Below are positions 29,278 through 39,328 of a DNA stretch of 64,000 nucleotides, piece after piece. Position numbers and translations under genes: made by a program. The stretch comes from an uncultured SAR86 cluster bacterium (GTDB lineage: Bacteria > Pseudomonadota > Gammaproteobacteria > Magnimaribacterales > D2472). Under the pieces are notes generated by a model. The model did not search any database and was not told where the DNA came from. It saw only the letters and a program-made list of their open reading frames with translations. Position 1 is the stretch's first letter. Each line of letters begins with the position of its first letter. Location: NCBI GenBank assembly GCA_902627055.1, contig CACOHS010000003.1, positions 65,490 to 129,489 on the forward strand, read 5' to 3'.

Positions 29278-30489
29278 ATGGATGAATCTCTAGAATCTAA
29301 ATTTACCTCCTTAAAAGCTAAAAATCTCAAGATTGATTTAACTCGTGGAAAGCCAGGTGCTGATCAGTTAGATCTCTCAAATCAACTTTTAACTAGCGGT
29401 GTTCTGTCTGAAAGTTCAAGCGGAGTTGATGTTCGTAATTATGGTCATCCGTTGGGTATTCCTGAGGCTAGAGGCTTGGGAGCAGAGTTAATGTCATCCA
29501 ACATAGAAAATACCTTAGTTGGCGAGCAATCTAGCCTACTTCTTATTTATCAACTTATTCTTGCTAATTACCTTTTTGGTTTAGTAACACCATGGAAGAA
29601 TCAAGGAGATATAAAATTTATATGTCCGGTTCCTGGTTTTGATAGGCATTTCAGATTATTAGATGATTTTGGTATCAAAATGTTGCCTGTTCCTTTAACA
29701 GGCTCAGGAGTTGATATTACAAAATTCAAAGCGCTGCTTGAAGAAAATACAAATATTAAAGGAATAATGTCCGTGCCTCGGCATTCAAATCCATCTGGTG
29801 ATATTTATTCAGATGAAAATATTTCTGAACTGTTACAGCTTGGAAAAGAATACTCCAGTGAATTTTTGTTTATTTTTGATAATGCGTATCTACTCCATGA
29901 TTTTACGTCCTCAGCAAACCAGACTCCTGTTTGGGATCTTGCTAATAAGTATAATGTTTTAGATCAGACGGCAATATTTTGTTCATTCTCTAAGGTAACA
30001 TTTGGAAGTGGAGGCTTATCATTTGCTGCTGCAGGCACTAAGCTTTTTAATCTTTTGGTAAGGCAGAGAACTTCTATGATCGTCTCTTCTGATAAGGTAA
30101 ATCAATTGCGCCACACAGAATTCCTCAAAAATAAAGATGATGTTATGAGTCATATGAAAAAACATGCAGCATTAGTTAAACCAAAATTTGAAGTCGCTTT
30201 TAATGCTTTAGATTCATTAAATCCAGAAATAGGCAATTACAAAAAACCCACAGGAGGGTATTTCATTTCCTATAATACAAATAAACCTATTGCCAAAAGA
30301 GTTATAGCTTTGTGCGAAGAGGCTGGCGTTTTAATCACCCCTGCAGGCTCTACATATCCTAATTTTAATGATCCAGCAGATTCAAATATTAGACTTGCAC
30401 CAACCTTCTTGAGCCCCGAGGATTTGAAGGAAGCAATGGAGGTTTTCACTACTGCCTTGCAGATAGCTTTCCAGGAAAAACTTAGTTAA
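29278..30489 (+). CDS. PLP-dependent aminotransferase, class I/II fold (aspartate-aminotransferase-like family)
   Basis: 403 aa. N-terminal LKIDLTRGKPGADQLDLS motif, and SFSKV carries the candidate PLP lysine. Confidence 0.75.
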   Translation: MDESLESKFTSLKAKNLKIDLTRGKPGADQLDLSNQLLTSGVLSESSSGVDVRNYGHPLGIPEARGLGAELMSSNIENTLVGEQSSLLLIYQLILANYLFGLVTPWKNQGDIKFICPVPGFDRHFRLLDDFGIKMLPVPLTGSGVDITKFKALLEENTNIKGIMSVPRHSNPSGDIYSDENISELLQLGKEYSSEFLFIFDNAYLLHDFTSSANQTPVWDLANKYNVLDQTAIFCSFSKVTFGSGGLSFAAAGTKLFNLLVRQRTSMIVSSDKVNQLRHTEFLKNKDDVMSHMKKHAALVKPKFEVAFNALDSLNPEIGNYKKPTGGYFISYNTNKPIAKRVIALCEEAGVLITPAGSTYPNFNDPADSNIRLAPTFLSPEDLKEAMEVFTTALQIAFQEKLS

Positions 30490-30826
30490 CTGCTCTAGTC
30501 AACGGCACAAATTTACCATCCTCAAAGTGAGAAAATAAATTTTTAATTTCAGGATGTTTTGGTAATTCTTCTCTTTCATCATTAAGTAGGTTTTGCTCAG
30601 AAACATAAGCAATATAAAAGATGTGACCATTCTCAGCGAAGAGATGATAAAAAGGCTGATTTTTTTTTGGCCGGATCGAAGCTGGGATAGATTGATACCA
30701 TTCTTCAGTATTATTAAATTCAGGATCTACATCAAATATGACACCGCGAAAATCTAAAAAACGATGTTTAACAACTGCCCCAATTGCAAATTTTGTTTCA
30801 ACTAACTCTTGTTTTATATTATTCAT
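30482..30826 (-). CDS. hspQ: Heat-shock protein HspQ (YccV hemimethylated-DNA-binding domain)
   Basis: 114 aa. FAIGAVVKHRFLDFRGVIFDVDP aligns with the E. coli HspQ N-terminus. Confidence 0.8.
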   Translation of the reverse strand: MNNIKQELVETKFAIGAVVKHRFLDFRGVIFDVDPEFNNTEEWYQSIPASIRPKKNQPFYHLFAENGHIFYIAYVSEQNLLNDEREELPKHPEIKNLFSHFEDGKFVPLTRAVN

Positions 30827-30864
30827 ATATTTATGTTTATCATATCAAAATTTTGGAGTGAATC

Positions 30865-31182
30865 ATGTTAGTAACTAGTACACCATCTATACAAGGCAAA
30901 CAAATTCAAACTTACCTTGGGATTGTCATGGGCAGCACTGTAAGAGCTAGACATTTAGGTACGGACATATTGGCAACCTTAAAAAATATTGTCGGCGGAG
31001 AACTCAAGAGCTATTCAATTCTTTTAACACAGGCTAGAAAAGAAGCTATGGATAGGATGATTAAAAGTGCAGAAGAAATGGGTGCAGATGCGGTCGTCAA
31101 TTTTAGGTATGAAACTTCAACGATTGCAGCAGCTGCATCAGAAGTCATAGCCTATGGGACGGCGATAAAATTTGACGATTAA
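30865..31182 (+). CDS. ybjQ: YbjQ family protein (UPF0145)
   Basis: 105 aa with VNFRYETS...YGTA typical of UPF0145. Confidence 0.8.
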   Translation: MLVTSTPSIQGKQIQTYLGIVMGSTVRARHLGTDILATLKNIVGGELKSYSILLTQARKEAMDRMIKSAEEMGADAVVNFRYETSTIAAAASEVIAYGTAIKFDD

Positions 31183-31801
31183 TTCAATCAAAGTTTTTGG
31201 AGAGCGCCACTGTGGAACCAATGCCATAGGATACTTTGTAGGGAAAAATTTTAATCTTAAGTTTCAGCATTATGATTTCTTGGGCTGGAAGCACAGACTA
31301 GCTCCAAAAAAAGATGAGTGGTCAAAGTTTAATGTACAAAGTTGCTTATTTATTTTTTGTATGCGAAATCCTTATTCATGGATCAAAGCCATGCATAGAG
31401 AACCTTATTATGATCATTATCCAAAAATGAAAGATTTGTCTTTAGAGGATTTCATCCAATTTTCTATTGAAGACTATGAAAACTGTATCTCGATGTGGAA
31501 TCAAAAGAATGATTCTTATTTTAGAATGTCAGATGAAATACCCAACTCAATTATTATAAATGTTGAGGACTTTAATGTTGATCAAGGAAAATTTCATGCC
31601 AATATAGCTGACATACTTAATAGATATGACATGCCTTTAGTTAAAATGAATTCTTATGTAAATGGAAGAGGGCGGCATGAACAAAAGGACATAACATCTT
31701 CACTAAGGGTGCCCAAGTATGATGAGAAGTTAGTCAGAATTATTAACTCTTCTTTATCAGAAGAAACCATGAAAAAATGTAACTATGAATTGCTTATTTA
31801 A
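31172..31801 (+). CDS. Hypothetical protein, sulfotransferase-like
   Basis: 209 aa. FGERHCGTN resembles the PAPS 5'-phosphosulfate loop and RNPYSW resembles the R-[ND]-P 3'-phosphate motif. TTG start overlapping ybjQ by 11 nt. Confidence 0.45.
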   Translation: MTINSIKVFGERHCGTNAIGYFVGKNFNLKFQHYDFLGWKHRLAPKKDEWSKFNVQSCLFIFCMRNPYSWIKAMHREPYYDHYPKMKDLSLEDFIQFSIEDYENCISMWNQKNDSYFRMSDEIPNSIIINVEDFNVDQGKFHANIADILNRYDMPLVKMNSYVNGRGRHEQKDITSSLRVPKYDEKLVRIINSSLSEETMKKCNYELLI

Positions 31802-31813
31802 ACTGAGATAAAA

Positions 31814-32038
31814 ATGAATAAAACTGAAAAAACGGCTTTTAGAGAAAGCATTATTGTTGTAATGATGGGGCTAGTAATTAATTTTCCATTGCAAACTTTC
31901 TTACTTTGGCTAACCATAGATAATTGGAGTTGGACAAATACACTATTAATTTCAATTTTTACTCAGGCAATTCTAACCATGGTTGCTTTGATAAGGGTTT
32001 ATTCTATTCGGATGAGGTTTAAAAGAGGGAAGTTTTAG
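31814..32038 (+). CDS. Small two-TM membrane protein (74 aa), unknown function
   Basis: Two hydrophobic helices and a basic C-terminus. Sits 12 nt after the preceding gene. Confidence 0.4.
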   Translation: MNKTEKTAFRESIIVVMMGLVINFPLQTFLLWLTIDNWSWTNTLLISIFTQAILTMVALIRVYSIRMRFKRGKF

Positions 32039-33459
32039 GAGCTTCTTAGAAGAAGTTTTTCTTTAATTTTTAAATGTGATTGCCTTGTGATTTTATATCT
32101 GGCATAAAAGAATGCAGCTATTAATCCCCAAATCATCGCGAACGGCCCGTCAATTAAACCTAAATTAAAGATAATTTTTTCGGGAACCTCACCAGGCATA
32201 GCATTTTCTGGAAAGGCAATAAGATCAAGTGCAATCCCTGCTATCACATGACCAATTCCATTGGATGTTTTACTAAAAAACGATCTGGCCGCATAAAAGA
32301 CTCCCTCTTGTCTAATTCCAGTAATAAGCTCATGTTCGTCGGCTATGTCCGCAAGTGCTGACATTACACTTATATGCAAAATAGAACCACATGCTGATGC
32401 AAAAGATCCAAAGAAAATAATCATAGTAACTAGTTCCCAAGAACCTCTTTCAGGAGCTAGTCCAAGCAGGACTATGTTGGCAGATGCTGACCAAAAGACA
32501 GTTAAACCAATAACTGTGGCAACTATTACTATTGGCTTATCAAATTTTTGGTGGAGCTTGGCTGTAAGAATAAATCCAAATGCGTAACCAATAATATTAT
32601 TTACAATTAGCCATCCAATTTGTATTGGAGAAAACTCATAAAAAAATGTACCCATATAAATGGCTAATGTTTCATGAGTCCCAATGAGCATAGAAAGAAA
32701 AAACATGCCAATAAGCAATCGAGCATAATTTTTATTGCTTATCGCACCAACTATATCTTTAAATAGATCAATAGTTTTTATGTGTGATTCATCTTTTGAT
32801 GGTTGTTTAAGATATGGGATTCGATCTTTTGTAAAGTATGCCGAGGAGAGAATACAAAGAGCAATTAATATCATGCTAAAAATTGCAATGGGTGTATAAG
32901 ATTCTTGATAAAGTTGTCCAATTTTCTCGTCAGCAAAAAATGGGAATATTAAAAACCAAGTAAATATGTGCATGATAATAACGCCCATATATCCAAAGAG
33001 ATTGTTGTAACTCATCACTCTGCTTCGTTCAAAGTAATCGTCAGATAGCTCAGCTCCTAATGCTAGATGAGGCACAGCAAATAAAGTAATGCTGAGTCTA
33101 AGCATTATAGTTGAGAAAATTAGCCATCCAAAAAGACCATATTCTGATAATTCATAGGGGGGAAAGAACATTAAATATATTGCTATTACTGTAGGAAATG
33201 GCGCCGCAAACATAAAAGGATGCCTGCGTCCAAGCTTAGATATAAATCTATCTGAAATAGATCCAATGACTGGATCCGAGATAGCATCAAAAATAATCGC
33301 AATTAAAACTGCTAAACCTGTAAGAGAGCCAGAAAGACCTAGCACTTGGTTATAAAAGAAGAAGGTCAATCCAGCAAAAATCCAATTAGTTGCGCCCTCG
33401 CCAGTAGCTCCAATGCCAAAAGCTAGTTTTGTTTTGACCGTTATTTTATTTTGACTCAA
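32035..33459 (-). CDS. MFS transporter, glycoside-pentoside-hexuronide (GPH) cation symporter-like
   Basis: 474 aa, about 12 TM, with the GxxSDRxxxKxGRRHPF loop typical of GPH/MFS. Confidence 0.8.
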   Translation of the reverse strand: MSQNKITVKTKLAFGIGATGEGATNWIFAGLTFFFYNQVLGLSGSLTGLAVLIAIIFDAISDPVIGSISDRFISKLGRRHPFMFAAPFPTVIAIYLMFFPPYELSEYGLFGWLIFSTIMLRLSITLFAVPHLALGAELSDDYFERSRVMSYNNLFGYMGVIIMHIFTWFLIFPFFADEKIGQLYQESYTPIAIFSMILIALCILSSAYFTKDRIPYLKQPSKDESHIKTIDLFKDIVGAISNKNYARLLIGMFFLSMLIGTHETLAIYMGTFFYEFSPIQIGWLIVNNIIGYAFGFILTAKLHQKFDKPIVIVATVIGLTVFWSASANIVLLGLAPERGSWELVTMIIFFGSFASACGSILHISVMSALADIADEHELITGIRQEGVFYAARSFFSKTSNGIGHVIAGIALDLIAFPENAMPGEVPEKIIFNLGLIDGPFAMIWGLIAAFFYARYKITRQSHLKIKEKLLLRSS

Positions 33460-33514
33460 ATTAATCCCCTTAACTCATTCTAGCCTTGAAATCTCCTTTA
33501 GGTAAAATATCTTG

Positions 33515-34303
33515 ATGAAATTAAAAATGTATCAAGTTGATGCTTTTGCAGATAAATTATTTACTGGCAACCCTGCTGCAGTTGTTATTTTAGAATCACC
33601 CATAAAAGATCACGATATGCAATCCATAGCATTTGAAAATAATCTTTCTGAAACAGCTTTTGTAAGCATCTATGAGAGTCCAATTAACATCAGATGGTTT
33701 ACTCCCTCAATTGAGGTTGATCTTTGTGGCCATGCTACTTTAGCTAGTGCAAGGATACTTTTTGAACATTATCCAGAGCTCGCTGGCGAAGAAATTAATT
33801 TTGACTCAAAAAGTGGTATTTTGAAAGTTACTAAAAATAAGGATGCCTTATGCCTTAATTTTCCGGTGGATAAACCAGCTTTATTAGATTCAGATCCATT
33901 ATTTGAAGAAATATTAGGCATTGAGCCGTTGCAATTGTTAAAAGGCAAAGACGATTATTTAGCAATCTTTGAAAATCAAAAACAGATTGAGTACATAAAA
34001 CCAAATTTTGTACTGCTTTCAAAATTAGATTCTAGAGGTTTAGTTATATCTGCTCCTGGAGATCAAGTAGATTTTGTATCCAGATGCTTTTATCCCGAGG
34101 CAGGGATAGAAGAAGATCCAGTGACCGGATCTGCTCATACCATGCTAACTCCATATTGGGCAAAGGAATTAGGCAAGAATCAGCTTGATGCAAATCAGCT
34201 CTCTAAGAGGGGAGGAAAACTTAATTGTATTTTGGCTTACAACAGAGTTTTTATATCAGGTAAAAGTGTAATTTATTTTGATGGAATCATTTCTATTGTT
34301 TAG
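33515..34303 (+). CDS. PhzF family isomerase-like protein
   Basis: YQVDAFADKLFTGNPAAVV N-terminus, plus the LCGHATL and DPVTGSAH motifs. Confidence 0.85.
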   Translation: MKLKMYQVDAFADKLFTGNPAAVVILESPIKDHDMQSIAFENNLSETAFVSIYESPINIRWFTPSIEVDLCGHATLASARILFEHYPELAGEEINFDSKSGILKVTKNKDALCLNFPVDKPALLDSDPLFEEILGIEPLQLLKGKDDYLAIFENQKQIEYIKPNFVLLSKLDSRGLVISAPGDQVDFVSRCFYPEAGIEEDPVTGSAHTMLTPYWAKELGKNQLDANQLSKRGGKLNCILAYNRVFISGKSVIYFDGIISIV

Positions 34304-34334
34304 AATTAAATTAAATTAATCTAGGAGAAAATTT

Positions 34335-34703
34335 ATGGCTACATATATTGTCTATGCATTATTGCTTACAATTATTCAAATCTGGGTAGTTCCAGCGGCG
34401 TTTAATATTAAAAATTTTTCATGGTATACAACCAACAGAGATGAACCAATGCCTGAAACTTCTATTATGGCAGGCAGAGCTAATAGAGCAGCTACGAATC
34501 TACAAGAAAGTCTTCCTGCTTTTTTAGCACTAGCTTTACTATCAATGCATTTATCAGTTGATTTGACTGGTTTGGCTTTTTGGTGGTTAATATTGAGGGT
34601 TGCGCATCTTATTACATATATTGCTGGCATAGCTTTGCTGAGAACACTTTCATGGCTTGGGTCTTTGGTTACTTTGGCAATGATGGCACTAGCATTGGTT
34701 TAG
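34335..34703 (+). CDS. MAPEG family membrane protein
   Basis: 122 aa, 3-4 TM, with the RANRAATNLQESLPAF motif. Confidence 0.7.
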   Translation: MATYIVYALLLTIIQIWVVPAAFNIKNFSWYTTNRDEPMPETSIMAGRANRAATNLQESLPAFLALALLSMHLSVDLTGLAFWWLILRVAHLITYIAGIALLRTLSWLGSLVTLAMMALALV

Positions 34704-34731
34704 CAATCATCGATTAGATTTTGAAGAAAAG

Positions 34732-34754
34732 AAGGGAGCAAAGCTCCCTTTTTA
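34732..34754. terminator. Hairpin AAGGGAGC-AAA-GCTCCCTT followed by a T run, between convergent genes (possibly bidirectional)
   Basis: 8-bp GC-containing stem followed by TTTTT on the + strand. Confidence 0.5.
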
Positions 34755-35867
34755 TTATCCGTTAGGATTGATTAAAAATTTTTCACCAGTTGCTTGCTTT
34801 GCATAAACCATCAATGAGTCTATGGTTAACGCCTCTTCAAGGGTAACCTCCTGAGTGTATGAGCTTGCAAAAGTAGTTTTAATTTCATTTGCTACGCGAG
34901 CTTGCATTTCAACCATTTTCTCAAATCCTATTTTTCCCAGAAATGGTGTTAATAGAAATCCACCAATACCCCAGTACATTCCGAAGCTTCTATTATTAGG
35001 CAGTGTAATGGCTGATTGATTAAGCCCTCCGTAGATATAAACTTGCTTATGATCTGTAGTTCCATAGGGGCTATACTCAGTAGCATTTTTTCTTGCTGCA
35101 CTTTCCATACAAGTAAGAATTTTTCCAGCAAGTTCTCCACCGCCTGTTGCATCGAATGCAAGAGTTGCTTTGGTTTCTGTGATGGCTGAGGTTAGTTGCT
35201 CCATAAAATCATCATCCGATGAGTTGCAAACAAACTTTGCACCTATAGATTTTAATAGATCAACATGCTCTTGCTTGCGAACAATATTTATAAGCTGCAC
35301 GCCATCATCAATACAGATTTTTACAAGCATTTGGCCAAGATTAGAGGCTGCTGCGGTATGAACAAGCGCGGTGTGTCCTTCCATTTCCATTGTCTCAACC
35401 ATTGCAAGTGCAGTGAGTGGATTCACAAAGCTTGACGCACAATCTCTAGGCTCAGTTCCTTCATTCATCACTAAGCAACTTGCTGCAGGCATGCAGCGGT
35501 ATTGAGAATACATACCACCGCCAACAACGCTTACGACTTTACCAAGAAGATTCTGAGCATTAGCGCCAGCCTCAATTACAACCCCTGAGCCTTCATTACC
35601 AACAGGCATGGGGATATTCAGTCTTGGTTTCATTGCACCCATTATTGCCTCTGGGACATTCATTGTAATTTTCGAGTCTTCAGCCTGAAGAGTATTAATA
35701 TCGCCCGGTCCTAGCAAAAGACCAAGATCAGAAGGGTTGATTGGAGTTGCTTCAACTTGGATTAGCACCTCATCATCGCCTGGAGCAGGACGTTCAGATT
35801 CAGTAATAGCTATTTCTAACTTTCCTTGATCAGTTACAGTAGAAGTAATTTGTTTATTTGAACTCAT
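34755..35867 (-). CDS. Medium-chain dehydrogenase/reductase (quinone-oxidoreductase-like)
   Basis: 370 aa. Has a GroES-like N-domain (VLIQVEATPINPSD) and a Rossmann domain. Confidence 0.8.
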   Translation of the reverse strand: MSSNKQITSTVTDQGKLEIAITESERPAPGDDEVLIQVEATPINPSDLGLLLGPGDINTLQAEDSKITMNVPEAIMGAMKPRLNIPMPVGNEGSGVVIEAGANAQNLLGKVVSVVGGGMYSQYRCMPAASCLVMNEGTEPRDCASSFVNPLTALAMVETMEMEGHTALVHTAAASNLGQMLVKICIDDGVQLINIVRKQEHVDLLKSIGAKFVCNSSDDDFMEQLTSAITETKATLAFDATGGGELAGKILTCMESAARKNATEYSPYGTTDHKQVYIYGGLNQSAITLPNNRSFGMYWGIGGFLLTPFLGKIGFEKMVEMQARVANEIKTTFASSYTQEVTLEEALTIDSLMVYAKQATGEKFLINPNG

Positions 35868-35964
35868 TTTATCTCCTTATAAAGCATTAAATAGTAATAT
35901 ATTCAAAGAACCATACAGTTTAGAGTAAGCATCAAGTTTAACAATAGAAATAAAAAAACTTTTT

Positions 35965-37107
35965 ATGGACAATTATTCAAAACACATTGCAATTCTTGGG
36001 GGAGGGATAGCAGGCCTCTCGCTTGGCTGTACTTTTTTAAAAGAGGGTATTCCAGCAGTCATTTTTGAGAAAATGTCAGAAGAAAAATCTCATGGAGCTG
36101 CAATAAGTCTTTCTTCAAATGCACTTCGTCTCTTAGATAGATTAGATATTTATAGCGATCTTAAAAATAAATCCTTTTTACATTCAAAAGCAACTATCCA
36201 GGGACCTATGAAGAGCATATGCACATTTAACACACCAGAAGTTTTGACGACACGTCGTCAAACATTGATGTCATTATTGCATTCCAGATTCAAAAATCTG
36301 GGTGGAGATATAAAATATGATCATACTCTTATAAAGTTTGATGTTAAAAAATGTGAAGCAACATTTTCAAACAATCAAAAACATAACTTTAAGCACCTAG
36401 CGGCATGTGATGGAATCAGATCATCGATACGAGATACTTTTTTCCCATCAAATCAAAATCCAAAATACAGTGGCTATAGTGCATGGAGGAGTATTGGTAA
36501 ATCACCGCTGAAAAGAGTTCATTTTGCTCTGGGTCCCGGAGGTCATGTGGTTAGTTATCCCGTCAATAATGATGGAGATGTTAGTTTTGTTGCTGTTAGG
36601 AAGGAAGATTTTCAATTTAAAGAATCATGGAAAGAGCAGGGATCACTTAAAAATTTGTTAGATGATTTTTCAACTTATGACCCAAGCATTTTTCCTAAGC
36701 TTAAAGATGAAGAGCCTCTTTATAAATGGGGCATTTATATCCGACCACCTTTACAATCAATGATTTCTAGAAATATTACTTTAGTTGGTGATGCTGCTCA
36801 CCCAATGGTCCCATTTTTAGGGCAAGGTGCATGCATGGCTATAGAGGACGCTTACACATTTGCAATGTTATGCAAACAGAATAATGGAAATTTTATTGAT
36901 GCACAGAAACCTTATGATTTGCTTCGGTCAAAGCGCACCAAAAAAATGCAAAAAGCGTCTATGCTGCAAGGAAAAATTTATCATATGAAAAATCCTTTGT
37001 TGGTATTCGCAAGAAATTCAGTCATGAAATATACCAACATTCCAGGCAATGACCTGAAGAAAATACATGATTATGATGCGCATCAAGAAGTATTAATGTT
37101 TACTTGA
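35965..37107 (+). CDS. FAD-dependent aromatic-ring monooxygenase (salicylate-hydroxylase/UbiH-like)
   Basis: ILGGGIAGLS dinucleotide fold, DGIRS, and GDAAHPMVPFLGQGACMAIEDA. Confidence 0.85.
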   Translation: MDNYSKHIAILGGGIAGLSLGCTFLKEGIPAVIFEKMSEEKSHGAAISLSSNALRLLDRLDIYSDLKNKSFLHSKATIQGPMKSICTFNTPEVLTTRRQTLMSLLHSRFKNLGGDIKYDHTLIKFDVKKCEATFSNNQKHNFKHLAACDGIRSSIRDTFFPSNQNPKYSGYSAWRSIGKSPLKRVHFALGPGGHVVSYPVNNDGDVSFVAVRKEDFQFKESWKEQGSLKNLLDDFSTYDPSIFPKLKDEEPLYKWGIYIRPPLQSMISRNITLVGDAAHPMVPFLGQGACMAIEDAYTFAMLCKQNNGNFIDAQKPYDLLRSKRTKKMQKASMLQGKIYHMKNPLLVFARNSVMKYTNIPGNDLKKIHDYDAHQEVLMFT

Positions 37108-37109
37108 TC

Positions 37110-38336
37110 TTATTTGGTAAATTTGGTGAATTTTATTGCAGAGTCTTTATCAATTTTTTTATCTGACTTAGGCATTGGATATTTTAATCCAGAGGCACAA
37201 TTGAAGAGTACAACTTTTTCATCTTTACTTATTATCCCTTTCTTTAAAGCTACTTGATATCCAGCTGCTGTTGCAGCGCCTTCTGGACAAAGCAATAATC
37301 CATCTTCTTTAGAGATCATGTCTCTAATTTCTATGATGTGCTCATCTTCAACTGCAAAAGCAAAACCATTTGATTGACGAATAGCATCAAGTATCAAAAA
37401 ATCTCCAATAGCTACAGGAACTCTTATACCCGATGCAACAGTGTTAGCATTATCCCAGGCATTCGCATGATTTAAGCCTTTTTTAAATGCGTCAACGATT
37501 GGCGCACATCCTGAAGATTGAATAGCAATCATTTTGGGAAGCTTGCCTTTAAGCCAGCCTAATTCTTTTAACTCGGAAAATGCTTTCCACATTCCAATGA
37601 GTCCCGTGCCTCCTCCTGTTGGATAAAATATTGCATCTGGTAATGTCCATTGCATTTGTTCTGCAAGCTCTAAGCCCATTGTTTTTTTGCCTTCAATTCT
37701 ATAAGGCTCTTTCAAGGTAGAGACATCAAACCAGCCTACCTTTTCTTTTCCTTCAAGAACTATTTTCCCGCAATCATTGATTAGTCCGTTTACCAGATAT
37801 GTATCAGCTCCTTGAAGCTGTATCTCTCGAATATTTACTTTTGGTGTATCTTCTGGGCAAAAAACAGTTGCTTTTATATTTGCTTGTCTTGCATATGCTG
37901 CCAAAGCAGCACCAGCATTTCCATTAGTTGGTATTGCTAAATGTTCAAGGCCAAATTGATGTGCCATTGAAACAGCGAGAGCTAAGCCTCTTGCTTTAAA
38001 AGATCCAGTTGGAAGCCTGCCTTCATCTTTAATGATAATGTTACCTAGCTTGCCACCAAGCATTTGAACAGTTTTATTAAGAGGAATTAGAGGTGTTATA
38101 ACCTCTCCTAAAGAAATTCTTGAAGCAGAATTTGCAACTGGAAGTAATGCTTGATACCGCCAAAAACCTGGAGCTGACTCTAAACACCAGCTATCTTTAT
38201 TGAGCTCGCTTTTAATTTTTTTTAAATCATACCTCGCTAACAAAGGCATTCCATTTTTTGAAAGATTATGAATTTGATTTGCGGGATAAATGTCCCCAGT
38301 TTTAGAGCACTCTAAATGCGAAAGATATGTCGACAT
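37110..38336 (-). CDS. Threonine-synthase-like PLP-dependent enzyme (fold type II)
   Basis: 408 aa. PTGSFKARG carries the PLP lysine. Also has GNAGAA and GGGTGL motifs. Confidence 0.75.
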   Translation of the reverse strand: MSTYLSHLECSKTGDIYPANQIHNLSKNGMPLLARYDLKKIKSELNKDSWCLESAPGFWRYQALLPVANSASRISLGEVITPLIPLNKTVQMLGGKLGNIIIKDEGRLPTGSFKARGLALAVSMAHQFGLEHLAIPTNGNAGAALAAYARQANIKATVFCPEDTPKVNIREIQLQGADTYLVNGLINDCGKIVLEGKEKVGWFDVSTLKEPYRIEGKKTMGLELAEQMQWTLPDAIFYPTGGGTGLIGMWKAFSELKELGWLKGKLPKMIAIQSSGCAPIVDAFKKGLNHANAWDNANTVASGIRVPVAIGDFLILDAIRQSNGFAFAVEDEHIIEIRDMISKEDGLLLCPEGAATAAGYQVALKKGIISKDEKVVLFNCASGLKYPMPKSDKKIDKDSAIKFTKFTK

Positions 38337-39296
38337 TTATCTGCTAACTCCACCAAATTTATCAGTGGCTACAATCAGTTCATGAGTAATTTCTTTTTCA
38401 AATGCGCTGTGACCTGAGAAGGGTGTGATAATAAATTTTGCTTCTGGCCAATTTTTGTGAAGCTCCCAAGCTGTTGATAAAGGAGTGCAGACATCATATC
38501 TCCCTTGAATAATAGTTGCAGGGATATTTCTTATGCTATCAATGCCTTCAATGAGTTGTTGTTCATGGGTTAAAAAGCCTTTATTGATAAAGTAATGATT
38601 TTCAATAAGCGCAAACGCTAGAGCAAACTTAGGTTCTGAAAAACTATCTGCCATTTCAGGACTATAGCTTAAATTAACAGTAGAACCTTCCCATCTAGAC
38701 CATGCAATTGCTGCTTCAAGTTTTTTATCCTCATTCTCACCTTTAAATATTTCGTAATATGCTGATATCAAGTTATCTCTCTTAGATATATCAATTGGCT
38801 CAATAAATTTTTCCCAAGCATCAGGAAAAATGTTGCTTGCACCGTATTGGTAAAACCAATCCAATTCTTTTTTTCTAAGCATGAAAATTCCTCGAAGTAT
38901 TATTTCACTGACTGAGTCTGGATGGGTTTGTGCGTAAGCCAATGCTAGAGTGCTTCCCCAAGAGCCACCAAAAACTAACCACTGATTAATTTTTAATTTT
39001 TCTTTTAAGGATTCAATGTCTGCAACTAAATCCCATGTTGTATTATTTGTTAGATAAGCATGCGGCTTACTTCTGCCACAACCCCTTTGATCAAATACTA
39101 TAATTCTATAGGCATCGGGATTGAAAAATCGTCTGACTGCTTCACTTCCACCTCCACCAGGACCTCCATGTAAAAAAACAGCTGGTTTACCATTTGGGTT
39201 TCCACATTGTTCATAATAAATTTCATGTTCGCCTGCGATCATGAAACCAGTATCATAGGGCTTAATTGGTGGATAGAGGCTTAATTGCTCAGACAT
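38337..39296 (-). CDS. pip: Prolyl aminopeptidase (proline iminopeptidase)
   Basis: HGGPGGG, GGSWGSTLAL nucleophile elbow, and C-terminal GHSA. Confidence 0.9.
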   Translation of the reverse strand: MSEQLSLYPPIKPYDTGFMIAGEHEIYYEQCGNPNGKPAVFLHGGPGGGGSEAVRRFFNPDAYRIIVFDQRGCGRSKPHAYLTNNTTWDLVADIESLKEKLKINQWLVFGGSWGSTLALAYAQTHPDSVSEIILRGIFMLRKKELDWFYQYGASNIFPDAWEKFIEPIDISKRDNLISAYYEIFKGENEDKKLEAAIAWSRWEGSTVNLSYSPEMADSFSEPKFALAFALIENHYFINKGFLTHEQQLIEGIDSIRNIPATIIQGRYDVCTPLSTAWELHKNWPEAKFIITPFSGHSAFEKEITHELIVATDKFGGVSR

Positions 39297-39328
39297 AGAT
39301 AATCATCAGAATAAATAAAAAGATACAA

